Below the pieces are notes generated by a model. That model was given only the letters and a program-made list of their open reading frames with translations, searched no databases and had not been told where the DNA came from. Both the position numbers and the translations under genes were made by a program. Below, in pieces: positions 6,443 to 15,484 of a stretch of 40,298 nucleotides of DNA (the stretch's first letter is position 1; every line of letters begins with the position of its first letter). Location of the stretch: IMG/VR virus record IMGVR_UViG_3300027357_000001. One strand, 5' to 3'. The DNA is from a virus.

Positions 6443-9400
6443 TCAGCGCGAAGAACGCCGCCGCTGAGCGTCGGTAGCGAGCAGACCTTGCCCGAGCATT
6501 CCCGCGCCCTTCGCAAACCGCGGATCGGCTACGCGCCGCGCCTGCGGCCCAAAGAATAGCTCAGTTGCATTCCGCGCCTGGTTGGCGTTCGCGATCCTGC
6601 CCAACCCCTTATCGATGCCGAGCGCGACGGCCGCACCAGGCAGGCCGGCGGTGTTGAAGCCGAGCAGCGGCAAGAGCGAGTGCCGCGCACCGTTGGCGAT
6701 CTTTGCCAACATCGGCGCCGTCCCCGACGGGTTCGTGGTCCCCTTGACCGGGATCATCTGTTTGTAGACCGACGCAAGCTGCTTCATGAGCGCGCGTTCC
6801 TGTTCGGTGTAGAGCACACCGGCAAGCTGCGAGCCCGAGCCGTTCAAGAACTCATGAAGCCGCTGCGAGAGCGCTTGCGCCTCATAGGGGATTTTCCCCT
6901 CGCCGGCGTTGGTCAGCTTCTCCCAGACGCCTTGACGGAGCGCAGTCCAACCTTCCGGAGAAAGCCGCTGTTTCAGCACCGATGCGATCAGCGGCGCATT
7001 CACACCATTGCCCTTGCCGCTCGCGCCCATCAGGTCGTTGACGATCTTGTTCGGCGAGGCCGGCGGCGCGCCATCGGCGCCGGCATAGCGTCGCAGCGTC
7101 GCCGCCACCACGCCGGGCTCATTCGGTTGCGGAAGAGTGCCGCGCAGTCGATCGGCATAGCGCGCGAGCTGTGCGCGCTCGCCCGCATCGAACACGACAT
7201 GGGCCAGCATCCGGCCCTTTGTGCCGTTGAGAAATTCGCCGATCCGCGCCGCCGCCTCTTCCGGCTCGCCGTCCGTCAGATGCGCGAAAAGCCCCTGCTT
7301 ATAGGTCGCGAACTCGTCCGAGTTTCGGCCGAAAATCCGCTCGATCCGTTGCGCGATTTGCACCGGCATTTGACCGCCAGGCGCTGAGCCCGAACCATAG
7401 GCCAGCTTTACGATTTCGTCCGGCGTAGCCCGAGTGTCGGAGAATTTCCCCAGAATTTTTTCAACCGCCGCGCCGACCGTATCGCCCGCGCCGCGCTTGG
7501 CGAATTTCTGCTTGTAATCGGCAAACGACGCCCGCGCCTCTTCCTGCATTCGCAGCACGGCGGGACCGTCACCAGAGAACTTGCCCTGTTCGACCATTTG
7601 CGCGACGCGCCGATCGAACTGGTCCATGATGTGTTCGAGCGCGTGAAGATCCGAGCCCGAACCGCCCGCCATCATCGCACGCCGCGCATCACCGTAGAGC
7701 GTCGAGAGCTGCTTTCGCACCTGTTCGACATCGCGCATGGTGAAGCTGGAGCCGGCCGACTGCGGCACCATCTGCCGATCGCCGGGGAAGTCCGAGACGC
7801 GCGGGATACCCGCAGCGTCCTCTTGTTCCAGTTGACGAAAGGCGCGCTCTACCGCGTCGTCGGCGGTCGCCCCCTCATCCGCCATCAGCTTGGCCGCTCG
7901 CTGCCTGACGTCGCCGCCAAGCTGGCCATAACCCGCGGCGTTCAAATCATCGTCAATGCCGCGCATGAGGGCGTCGAACTCATGCTGTTCGCGCTCCGAG
8001 CGCGCGGCGGCCTCTCGCTTGCCGATATGGCCCTCGAAACCTTCTGGAAAGCGCTTTTGGCCACGCATTTCCGCGTCAATTGCGTCCAGCAGATCATTGA
8101 CGGTCGACGTTCCGTTGTGGCTGCCCCGCAGATAACCGGCCTCTTCCGCTGCCTCGCGTGCGTAATCGAGCGGCCAGCCGCCTTGCCGAACCAGCTTCCG
8201 GCGGCCCAGGCCCTCGACGTTGACGGTATGTCCGTGGCCGCCGATCGCCTCCAACTCTGCATCGGGCCCCAAGCCGCCCTTTGACGCGATGAATTCAAGC
8301 AGGCTTTGCTCCTTTGGAGCCGCCGGCGCAGCGGCCGACTGCTTCTGCCGATCATACGCCGCCGCGACGTCATCACCGAACTTCGCGCGAATGTCTGCTA
8401 CGTTTCGCGCGTGCTCATCGACCGCAGAGGCAGGAGCGCCCGGCGCGGCCGGCTCACGCACGCCCGGCCCGACCGCGTTCAAATTGTCGTCAATGATTTC
8501 GAGACCGCGAAGCGCTTTCGGCGTGTTGGTCGGGTCGAGTGACACCGGATTGTCGCCAGCGCGTAGCCCAGCATCGACATCAGCACGGAAGCCTGCCGCA
8601 GAGCCCGGCGCGAATTCACCTGGAGCCGCGGCGACTGCTTCATATTTCCCGCGGTAGTCAGCCCGCGCCGCATTGCGGGCCGCCGCGAAGCGATCGGAGA
8701 GCATTTCCGCCGCGTCGACGGGCGCGGCCGCCCTGATTTGGCCGCCGCCGATCGCCCGGGCCATGTCGACCCGCTGTTGCGCGGGCGACATCTGTCCGGC
8801 ATGAACGCCAGCCTCCGAAGCTTGCCGCGCCTGTTCCTGCGCGATCAGTTCGGCCGCGATCTTTTCCGCCGCCTCGTTCGGCGGGGTTCGAGCAGCGGCG
8901 CCGGTCGGATCGAGCCCCGCGGCGATTTGATCGCTCGCCTGCCCTACGCGCTCGTCTTGCAGATCCTTGAACGCCTGCGCTCGCTCCTGTGCGGGGACAC
9001 CTCGACCACCGCGAAGCAAAATCTGCTCTTCGGCCGAGAGCGCCGGATTTTGTGTGATTTGCGATTGCGACAGCGGCACATCGACGCCGCCAACGTTCAC
9101 CACGTTTTGAGGGACCGCCGAGGGCGGACGCACACGATCCGCAACCGCAGCAACGGCTTTTCCGACCGCCTTCCCCACCGGACCCATCGCACCGCCGATG
9201 ATGCCGCCGGTCACGGCCGCCGGCCCGATATCCTCACCGCGCGTTACCGCATCCGCGCCAGAGAGAGCCGCGCCCGAGAGCGCTCCATTGCGGACCATTT
9301 CCCGCATGGTGCCGGTGACGCCGAAGGCTTTCGGTGCGAGCGCAACGGCCGGCGCTGTCGCCGCGATGCCGCCGGCGAGCTGCGCGGCCGTGTCGATGAC

Positions 9401-9772
9401 CGGATGTTCGGTCGCAAACTTCTTGTCCGCGCCCTCCTGGTCGCGCAGCGAATGCGCGTAACGTTCCGAAAACGTTGCTTCCGGGAGCTGGTCCTTTTCG
9501 TCAAAGAAGCGATTGAGCAGCGGCGCAAGCGCGGCGTTCGTCGCCGCATCCAGCTTGTTCAGCGCACCGCCGATGATCGGAACGCCCGTTGCGGCCGAGC
9601 GCACCACGTTGTTAGCCGTGACCGGCACCGCCGACGGTTCAGCCGGCGCCGACGCAGACGCGCCGATTTGCTGCGCGATTTGCGCGACGGTCGCGTTTTG
9701 ATCCTCCGGGGAGAGCTTCAAAAAGCTATCGTCAACCGTCACCGACTTGTCGCCGATCGTCAGGTTAGCCAT
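6443..9772 (-). CDS. Large internal virion / DNA-ejection protein (1109 aa)
   Basis: Uninterrupted 3.3-kb ORF. It has a Gly/Ala-rich TM-like region near aa 130-215. It occupies the position of T7 gp15/gp16-type proteins, between the nozzle genes and the fibre. Confidence 0.75.
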   Translation of the reverse strand: MANLTIGDKSVTVDDSFLKLSPEDQNATVAQIAQQIGASASAPAEPSAVPVTANNVVRSAATGVPIIGGALNKLDAATNAALAPLLNRFFDEKDQLPEATFSERYAHSLRDQEGADKKFATEHPVIDTAAQLAGGIAATAPAVALAPKAFGVTGTMREMVRNGALSGAALSGADAVTRGEDIGPAAVTGGIIGGAMGPVGKAVGKAVAAVADRVRPPSAVPQNVVNVGGVDVPLSQSQITQNPALSAEEQILLRGGRGVPAQERAQAFKDLQDERVGQASDQIAAGLDPTGAAARTPPNEAAEKIAAELIAQEQARQASEAGVHAGQMSPAQQRVDMARAIGGGQIRAAAPVDAAEMLSDRFAAARNAARADYRGKYEAVAAAPGEFAPGSAAGFRADVDAGLRAGDNPVSLDPTNTPKALRGLEIIDDNLNAVGPGVREPAAPGAPASAVDEHARNVADIRAKFGDDVAAAYDRQKQSAAAPAAPKEQSLLEFIASKGGLGPDAELEAIGGHGHTVNVEGLGRRKLVRQGGWPLDYAREAAEEAGYLRGSHNGTSTVNDLLDAIDAEMRGQKRFPEGFEGHIGKREAAARSEREQHEFDALMRGIDDDLNAAGYGQLGGDVRQRAAKLMADEGATADDAVERAFRQLEQEDAAGIPRVSDFPGDRQMVPQSAGSSFTMRDVEQVRKQLSTLYGDARRAMMAGGSGSDLHALEHIMDQFDRRVAQMVEQGKFSGDGPAVLRMQEEARASFADYKQKFAKRGAGDTVGAAVEKILGKFSDTRATPDEIVKLAYGSGSAPGGQMPVQIAQRIERIFGRNSDEFATYKQGLFAHLTDGEPEEAAARIGEFLNGTKGRMLAHVVFDAGERAQLARYADRLRGTLPQPNEPGVVAATLRRYAGADGAPPASPNKIVNDLMGASGKGNGVNAPLIASVLKQRLSPEGWTALRQGVWEKLTNAGEGKIPYEAQALSQRLHEFLNGSGSQLAGVLYTEQERALMKQLASVYKQMIPVKGTTNPSGTAPMLAKIANGARHSLLPLLGFNTAGLPGAAVALGIDKGLGRIANANQARNATELFFGPQARRVADPRFAKGAGMLGQGLLATDAQRRRSSR

Positions 9773-11239
9773 TTAGTTGACGCTCCAGTTGATTGCCTGC
9801 CCGCCGACGTTGACCGAACCGCCTGCAGCACCGGTCGACGGCGGCTTGTAGCCAGGACCGGCCGCACCGCGCATTTGCTCGATTGCTGCTTTTCGGAGCG
9901 CAGCCTTTTGCTGAACTACCGCCGGCGCGTCGCCGGGCTGCGGGAACATTTCCTTGTCGTAACGCGCGAACTCGCTCTTATTGATCGCCGCGCCGCTTTC
10001 CTGCCGAAGCACAGCAGTGATGAACGCCGATTTCGCGGCTTCATACTTCTGGTGATTGGTCGTCTGAAGGTAGTTTCCGACCAGCGGAACACTGGTCGAA
10101 ACAGCCTGCGTCCCGCTCAGACCCTCGTTTTGCAGCGTCGAAAGATCGGCTTCCGCCTTCTCCATGCGCGCGGCGAAGGACGAGGCTTTCGCCTGCGCCT
10201 CCGTTTTCTTACCCGTGGCCGCGTCCGCCGAGGCCTCGGAAACCCGCTTGACGAATTCCTTCCGGTTAACGCCAGGCGGGATCGGGATCGGCTTTCCATC
10301 CGGACCGGTGACGGTATCGCTCGCGCCGGCCGCCGCGGCCGTGGCGACACCAGCGATCGGCCGCAAGGTGCCGTCCACCTGATTTTGCTGCATGTAGATC
10401 TTGCGGCCGTCGGCATCTTCGCCGACCTGCACGACGCCCCACTTATCCTTGCCGTAATACTGCTGGATAAGCGCCGTCATCAGCGCGGGATTGCCGACCG
10501 CGGCTTGTACTTCCGGCAGCGATGCACCTTTCGACATGAGCGCTTGCGCCGTCGCGGTCAGCTTGCCACGCGCAATCGCCGAAGGATCGGTTTCCTGTCC
10601 GGTCACGAGCGCGCCGAGACCGCCGGCAAGCGCACCGATCGGGCCGGCCGACATATTGCCCAGGAAGCCGCGCGTTGCCTTCATCAGCCGGTCGCCAGCG
10701 CCACCGCCAACACCAGCTAGCGAGAACGGCGCCGAGGCGGGAGCCGCAGGCGCAGCGGCCGCAACCGAAGCCGCTGGAGCCGTCGCCGCCGCGGCAGGCC
10801 CGGACGCAGGAGCGCCGCCGCGGAATGCTGGCATCTGATAGTCACCGACCGGGATATAATCGGCCGGCGCTTGGCTCCGATTGATCGAGGACGCCTCTGT
10901 AGGAGTTGGAGGCGAAACGGCAGGCGCCGGCGCCGCGATCTGCGACGGCTGCACATTCATGGAGCCAGGACCGGCGAAGCCGAACGGCACTGCACCCTTT
11001 CCGAACCCATCGACCGGCGCGGCCGCCGGTTGCTGCGGTTTCGCATAAGGATCGACCGGAGGCGTCGGCAGCGCGAAGGCCGATGGATCGACGCCGAGCG
11101 CGCCATATGATGCGGCATCCGGCGCGGTCGGAGCCTGCCCGACCGAAACCGGAAGCGTGACGTTCAGCGGTGACGGATAGAGCGCGCTATAGGGCGACGC
11201 CCCGGTTTGACCCGTCAGGAAGTCGAGAAGCCCAGCCAT
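9773..11239 (-). CDS. Internal virion / ejection protein (488 aa)
   Basis: Pro/Ala-rich N-terminal half and a glycine-zipper segment (AGPIGALAGGLGALVTG). It abuts the 1109-aa gene with no gap. Confidence 0.7.
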   Translation of the reverse strand: MAGLLDFLTGQTGASPYSALYPSPLNVTLPVSVGQAPTAPDAASYGALGVDPSAFALPTPPVDPYAKPQQPAAAPVDGFGKGAVPFGFAGPGSMNVQPSQIAAPAPAVSPPTPTEASSINRSQAPADYIPVGDYQMPAFRGGAPASGPAAAATAPAASVAAAAPAAPASAPFSLAGVGGGAGDRLMKATRGFLGNMSAGPIGALAGGLGALVTGQETDPSAIARGKLTATAQALMSKGASLPEVQAAVGNPALMTALIQQYYGKDKWGVVQVGEDADGRKIYMQQNQVDGTLRPIAGVATAAAAGASDTVTGPDGKPIPIPPGVNRKEFVKRVSEASADAATGKKTEAQAKASSFAARMEKAEADLSTLQNEGLSGTQAVSTSVPLVGNYLQTTNHQKYEAAKSAFITAVLRQESGAAINKSEFARYDKEMFPQPGDAPAVVQQKAALRKAAIEQMRGAAGPGYKPPSTGAAGGSVNVGGQAINWSVN

Positions 11240-11242
11240 TCA

Positions 11243-12109
11243 CTATCCCCCGAACGAAATATTGCCCTTCGGCCAAAGAGAGCCGATGCCGCTAGCGATC
11301 GTGGCGAACTGCTGCACAGGCGACATGGTGCTTTCCGTGTTGGACGTGCCGTTTTGCGTGCCGAACTGCGCGGCGACGGGCGCAATCGAGCCGAGCAGCG
11401 TCGTAAGCTGCGACGCCGGAATTCCGAACCGCTGCGCTTCCGCTTGAAGCGTCGCGTTCGCGCCCCAATTCTGGCTGTCGAGCGCCGTTCCGGCCGTGCC
11501 TACACCGTTGGTGAAATTCGCGTTCGCCGCCGCATTGTTCGCGTTCAGCATGCCATAGGTGGTATTTCCGGCATTGTAGAGCGTGTTCGCGGCATTGAGC
11601 GCGTTGGTGACGTCGGTGTTGTACTGCGCGGCGATCACCGGAGCGACGCCAGAGGCGATGCCGCGCGCGAGCGCTTGGGTGTTGCCCGGCGATCCGTCGC
11701 GGCCGGCCGCGGCCCATGCCCCGTTCGTCTGGTTCGTAACGTCCGTGGTGATCTGGTCGAGCTGAGCTTTCAGCGCAGGATTGTTGCCGATGTTCGCGCC
11801 GCTTGCGGTCTGGCCGAGGATGCCGCCTTGCAGAGACGACAGGTTCGACCGGATCGCCGCGTCGTTGTTCGTTGCCCCGCCACCGTTCAACAGGCCAAGC
11901 GTCCCGGACGTCATCGGCGCCGCGAACGGGTTGTTGTTCGCGTTCGCCTCGATCGTGTTGAGCGCGCCAGATTGGGCTGGCGTGATGCTACCGGCGGATC
12001 CGGCGAGATTGGTCAAGCCGCCCAGGAGGCCGGACAGCGCGCCGGATGCGCCGCTATACGGCGACAGCGACGAAGTTTGCGTGGTGGTGCTCTTTGACGT
12101 GCCACCCAT
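11243..12109 (-). CDS. Internal virion protein (288 aa, Gly/Asn/Thr/Ala-rich)
   Basis: ATG at 12109 within track ORF 11243-12364. It shares one base with the upstream stop (TGATG). Confidence 0.65.
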   Translation of the reverse strand: MGGTSKSTTTQTSSLSPYSGASGALSGLLGGLTNLAGSAGSITPAQSGALNTIEANANNNPFAAPMTSGTLGLLNGGGATNNDAAIRSNLSSLQGGILGQTASGANIGNNPALKAQLDQITTDVTNQTNGAWAAAGRDGSPGNTQALARGIASGVAPVIAAQYNTDVTNALNAANTLYNAGNTTYGMLNANNAAANANFTNGVGTAGTALDSQNWGANATLQAEAQRFGIPASQLTTLLGSIAPVAAQFGTQNGTSNTESTMSPVQQFATIASGIGSLWPKGNISFGG

Positions 12110-12519
12110 CAGAGCGCCCTTTCCAAAACGATGTTCGAGACGTGATAGTTTTTCAGGACACGCGCCCAACCAACGCGGCCCATCAGACGCAGCCGTGCCG
12201 CGCCTTCCGCCCTCGCCCAATCCTCGATCTGGGAGAGCAGCGGCACCCAATGGTCCCGGTTTTCGCCGCCAAGCGCGGTAATCAGGCAAACCAAATGCCG
12301 ATCGGTCCGCACCAGGAGAGTGATCGCCGCGGCCTCGATCTTGTCCCCGATGCAGGCGAGCCAAAGCAACCCGTCCCCCTCGAGGACGTCACGGGCAATG
12401 TCGGCGGTATGGCTGAGGTCCGTCCGCAGCACAGCGCGACCGAGCATCACCTCGACGCGCGGCCAGATTTCACGGACGCGCTGCGGCGGAACGCAGATGA
12501 GATCAGCCAAGGCAGACAT
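12109..12519 (-). CDS. Hypothetical protein, possibly GNAT-fold (136 aa)
   Basis: ATG at 12519 within track ORF 12109-12696. The C-terminal pattern LGGENRDHWVPLLSQIEDWARAEGAARLRLMGRVGW resembles an acetyltransferase CoA-binding region. This is weak, by-eye evidence only. Confidence 0.5.
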   Translation of the reverse strand: MSALADLICVPPQRVREIWPRVEVMLGRAVLRTDLSHTADIARDVLEGDGLLWLACIGDKIEAAAITLLVRTDRHLVCLITALGGENRDHWVPLLSQIEDWARAEGAARLRLMGRVGWARVLKNYHVSNIVLERAL

Positions 12520-12811
12520 AGAAAAAGGTTCGATCCGTTTGAGCGTTATTCGCGTGCGAGATCGTGAAGGACTGTTTCGCCACGGTCCCGACGAACGTGG
12601 TCGACAATGCCGCGGCGGCGTTAGCAGTTCGTGGGAAGAGGAAAACCGCGCTCCCAGGCGCGCAGTTGACGGCTGAAACCGTCGTAGACGCCGCATTGGC
12701 CGCGAGCGTCACCGAACCCGCAGCATTCGACCGGCCCGCCGCCAACTGCTGGAGCGACAGCGCGAATTTCGAAAGGTCCTTTTCAGTGGTGCCGGGGAGG
12801 AAAACCGTCAT
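12503..12811 (-). CDS. Hypothetical virion protein (102 aa)
   Basis: ATG at 12811 overlaps the upstream stop (ATGA 12808-12811). Translation begins MTVFLPGTTEKDLSKFALSLQQLAAG. Confidence 0.6.
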   Translation of the reverse strand: MTVFLPGTTEKDLSKFALSLQQLAAGRSNAAGSVTLAANAASTTVSAVNCAPGSAVFLFPRTANAAAALSTTFVGTVAKQSFTISHANNAQTDRTFFYVCLG

Positions 12812-14289
12812 CGCTTGCCCTTTGCGGCGAGGTCGAGCGGTTCGACGCCGTTGATGAACGTCCAGACGGCGCCGGACGGAATTCGACACCGGAAGCGGCT
12901 ATAGCGGGTATCCAAGAGCATGTTGCAAATGCCGGTGATCGCGTTCACCAGCGTTTCAACGCCGGCCTGCACCGCGGCTTGCAGGTTCTCCCGCCGTGAC
13001 GCCGAGCCATACACCTCCGTCGCATCTGTGACCGGCCGAAAGCCGATTTTGAGCTTGATGCGGCGTCCGTCCGTGCCCTGCTCTGCCGTTTCTAGCGTAG
13101 CCTCGAGATTGGAACCGCGGAAGAAAGACACTGTATGGTCAGGACCGAACGCGGCCAGTTCCGGAACGATCGCGGTAGAGAGGCTATCAAACGACTGCGT
13201 AATGGCGTCCAAGTTGGAGCCGATCAGCGTATCCACCGCCTCGAGCGTGATACCCGGCTGCGACATCTTGAACAGGAATTCCCCGGCGAATTTCAGCGGC
13301 GTGAACTTGTCCAAGACTTGATCGTAGCAAAGCGCCTTGTCGAACTGATTGGCCGTTCCGTTGACCGACTTGTAGGCCCAAATAATGCGAGAGCTGCGCG
13401 GATCAGCGTATCCCTGAAAAAGCTGCGGGCTGGTCCGGTCGAAATCCATCAAGAACGTCCGGTCGACACGCTCGCGCCCGATCGGAACGGGCACCCCGCC
13501 GGGATCGATCCGGTGGAAGCCTTTCAGCGAGTTGAAAAAGATGCTCGCCCCTGCGCGCACAAGGCTATACGGCCCATAGATGCCGAGCCCGTCCGCAATC
13601 TTCTCAATCTGGAACACGCGCGGATCGCCCGGCAGGTAGATCATGCGCCGGATGATCGTATCCTGCAGGATGACGCCGGTTTCGCCGCCGGCGATGCCAC
13701 GACAGAACCCGCCGTCGACCAAGTCCTGATAATCAGCCGAGTTGATACCCGGGGTCCAGGAATTCGGGCCGTTCACGTCATTGAGACCGGACCACTGCAC
13801 CCGGTTGGGGTTCGAGAGCAGGCCGGTCAGCACCACGAACCGGCCCACCACGTCGACATAGCGCGCCTGCGGCGGGTTACCGGCGAGGTTGGCGAAGGCC
13901 GTCGAGCTGGAAATATCGAAAACCTGCGGGACGGCGTTCGCCTGCACCGCAATGACCAAATTGTTGAACTGAACGAACTGCCAGTTATCGCTAACCGAGA
14001 GGCCGGAATAGGAGGCGCCCCCGAGCGAGACCTTCGACCACCCATAGGTCGTGTTGCTCATCAGCCAAAGGTCGCTCACGGTCCCAGCGAAAACGACAAC
14101 CGAACCGTCCGTTTTGTAGGCTGCAAATGCGCCGCGGCATTGCGCGCCGAGTGACTGAGAGATCGCCGCCAGGCTTGGGAACGGCCCGTAACCGTCGCCG
14201 CGCGGCACCACGTTGAGGACGTTCCGGCCGGTCTGCGCCTCGTAGTCGCTGAGATCGGGCTTGTACTCTCCGAAGGGGATCAGCGGCAT
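12808..14289 (-). CDS. Tail nozzle / tail tubular protein B-like (493 aa)
   Basis: Large ORF directly after the adaptor-like gene. The call is by position in the podovirus gene order only; no diagnostic motif was recognised. Confidence 0.55.
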   Translation of the reverse strand: MPLIPFGEYKPDLSDYEAQTGRNVLNVVPRGDGYGPFPSLAAISQSLGAQCRGAFAAYKTDGSVVVFAGTVSDLWLMSNTTYGWSKVSLGGASYSGLSVSDNWQFVQFNNLVIAVQANAVPQVFDISSSTAFANLAGNPPQARYVDVVGRFVVLTGLLSNPNRVQWSGLNDVNGPNSWTPGINSADYQDLVDGGFCRGIAGGETGVILQDTIIRRMIYLPGDPRVFQIEKIADGLGIYGPYSLVRAGASIFFNSLKGFHRIDPGGVPVPIGRERVDRTFLMDFDRTSPQLFQGYADPRSSRIIWAYKSVNGTANQFDKALCYDQVLDKFTPLKFAGEFLFKMSQPGITLEAVDTLIGSNLDAITQSFDSLSTAIVPELAAFGPDHTVSFFRGSNLEATLETAEQGTDGRRIKLKIGFRPVTDATEVYGSASRRENLQAAVQAGVETLVNAITGICNMLLDTRYSRFRCRIPSGAVWTFINGVEPLDLAAKGKR

Positions 14290-14921
14290 TAGAAATCCGT
14301 CCCGCGGATTTGGCCGGTTGCGGTGCGCGCCGAGGTCTCATAGTCCAGCTTTGCCTTGAACGCAGGGATTTGGAGCTGCATGCGCTGCATGCCGTCCGTG
14401 TCCTCGATAAGATTGGTGTAGAGCAGCAATTTCGCGTGGCTGCGGATGAGCTGCCCCGCGATCCCGTTGCACCATGCGTTCGTGTCCGTGTCGCTGACCA
14501 GCGGCGCGAGCCGGTAATGCATGTGCGGCCGCATGGTGTAGACCGTGATAGGCACCGGCCAGAGCAGGATTTGGCCGTCTACATAGGTGAAACAGGAGGG
14601 CTTGCCGGGACCGGTGTTGTTGCCCTGCAACCACTCGAATTCGTCGGGCTCGTACCGGTCAAGCTCATACGTCGACACCGTGTCGCGCAGGAACAGATGG
14701 TCAATCCGGATGATGTTCGGGATCTGCGCCAGGTCGTTGCCAGTGTAGGCCGATTGACCGACGACGGTTGGAAACGTCAGCGAGCGCGTGACGTTGAAAT
14801 AGAAGCGATCCGTCTCATAGTGCGCGATTGCGTCGCTTACCGCGCTTGCGATTTGGCTGCTGAGATCGTCCCGCGTCAGGTCGCTCGCGATCTGGTTTCG
14901 GAGGTCCAAAAAGCTCGCCAT
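14289..14921 (-). CDS. Head-tail adaptor / tail tubular protein A-like (210 aa)
   Basis: The call is by position, downstream of the capsid genes. It shares a TAATG overlap with the next gene at 14289. Confidence 0.5.
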   Translation of the reverse strand: MASFLDLRNQIASDLTRDDLSSQIASAVSDAIAHYETDRFYFNVTRSLTFPTVVGQSAYTGNDLAQIPNIIRIDHLFLRDTVSTYELDRYEPDEFEWLQGNNTGPGKPSCFTYVDGQILLWPVPITVYTMRPHMHYRLAPLVSDTDTNAWCNGIAGQLIRSHAKLLLYTNLIEDTDGMQRMQLQIPAFKAKLDYETSARTATGQIRGTDF

Positions 14922-15021
14922 AGTCCACCGCCGGGCGCTGATAGGTGACAGGAGCCGGAGGCGGCGCCGGCTCTTCTAGAACCAGCGCCGCGCCCGCGTA
15001 GTGCAACCAGACGTCCACGGC

Positions 15022-15438
15022 CTACAGGTCGTTGTCCGGGACGTACTTGATGATGACGATCGCCTTGCCTGCGGTCGCCGCGGCGCCGGTCTGGGTATAG
15101 GTCGCCGTCACCTGACTGTCGGCCGCCAGCGGCCCGAGCGCCGTTCCGGTCGGCTTGATGTTCTGGGTAATCGCCACCGTGCTTTCGTCGGCATCGGCCG
15201 CCGCCACAACGTTGTTCGCGACGCCGGCCAGGCCGACCGTCAGAACGTTGGTAGTCGCGGCGTTGAATGCGGTCACAATCTGCACATCCGTGCCGATGAT
15301 GACGGCGCCGGCCGGCAAAACCTGCTTGCTGACGCCCGCAGCGATGCCCACGTCGTTGAAATTCACTGCGAAGCGCAGATAGTGGACGAGCTGGAGCGCA
15401 TTTTTGCGCGCCGTGGTGCCCTTGGTGTTGGTAGTCAT
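15022..15438 (-). CDS. Small structural protein after the capsid gene (possible decoration protein)
   Basis: 138 aa with Ala/Thr/Val-rich, beta-type composition, immediately downstream of the major capsid gene. Confidence 0.55.
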   Translation of the reverse strand: MTTNTKGTTARKNALQLVHYLRFAVNFNDVGIAAGVSKQVLPAGAVIIGTDVQIVTAFNAATTNVLTVGLAGVANNVVAAADADESTVAITQNIKPTGTALGPLAADSQVTATYTQTGAAATAGKAIVIIKYVPDNDL

Positions 15439-15484
15439 GTCGCCAAGCCTTCTTTAAGGTTTCGGGAAAGGTGACCCGTCGCGC

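Noticed and set aside
8738-10720. Very long antisense or off-frame ORFs in the track. Examples: 8738-10720(+) 660 aa, 2812-3915(+) 367 aa, 13135-14154(+) 339 aa, 15488-16576(+) 362 aa, 19880-21025(+) 381 aa, 11207-12097(+) 296 aa.
   Set aside because: Their composition is Arg/Gly/Ala/Pro-dominated and low in complexity, typical of shadow frames in high-GC DNA. Each lies entirely opposite a protein-like ORF that has recognisable motifs and operon coupling.
14815-15018. Minus-strand ORF 14815-15018 (67 aa) in the gap upstream of the adaptor-like gene.
   Set aside because: Its second half overlaps the well-supported 210-aa gene out of frame and is Arg/Lys/Pro-rich. At most, the first 30 codons or so could be a leader peptide, and there is no supporting signal.
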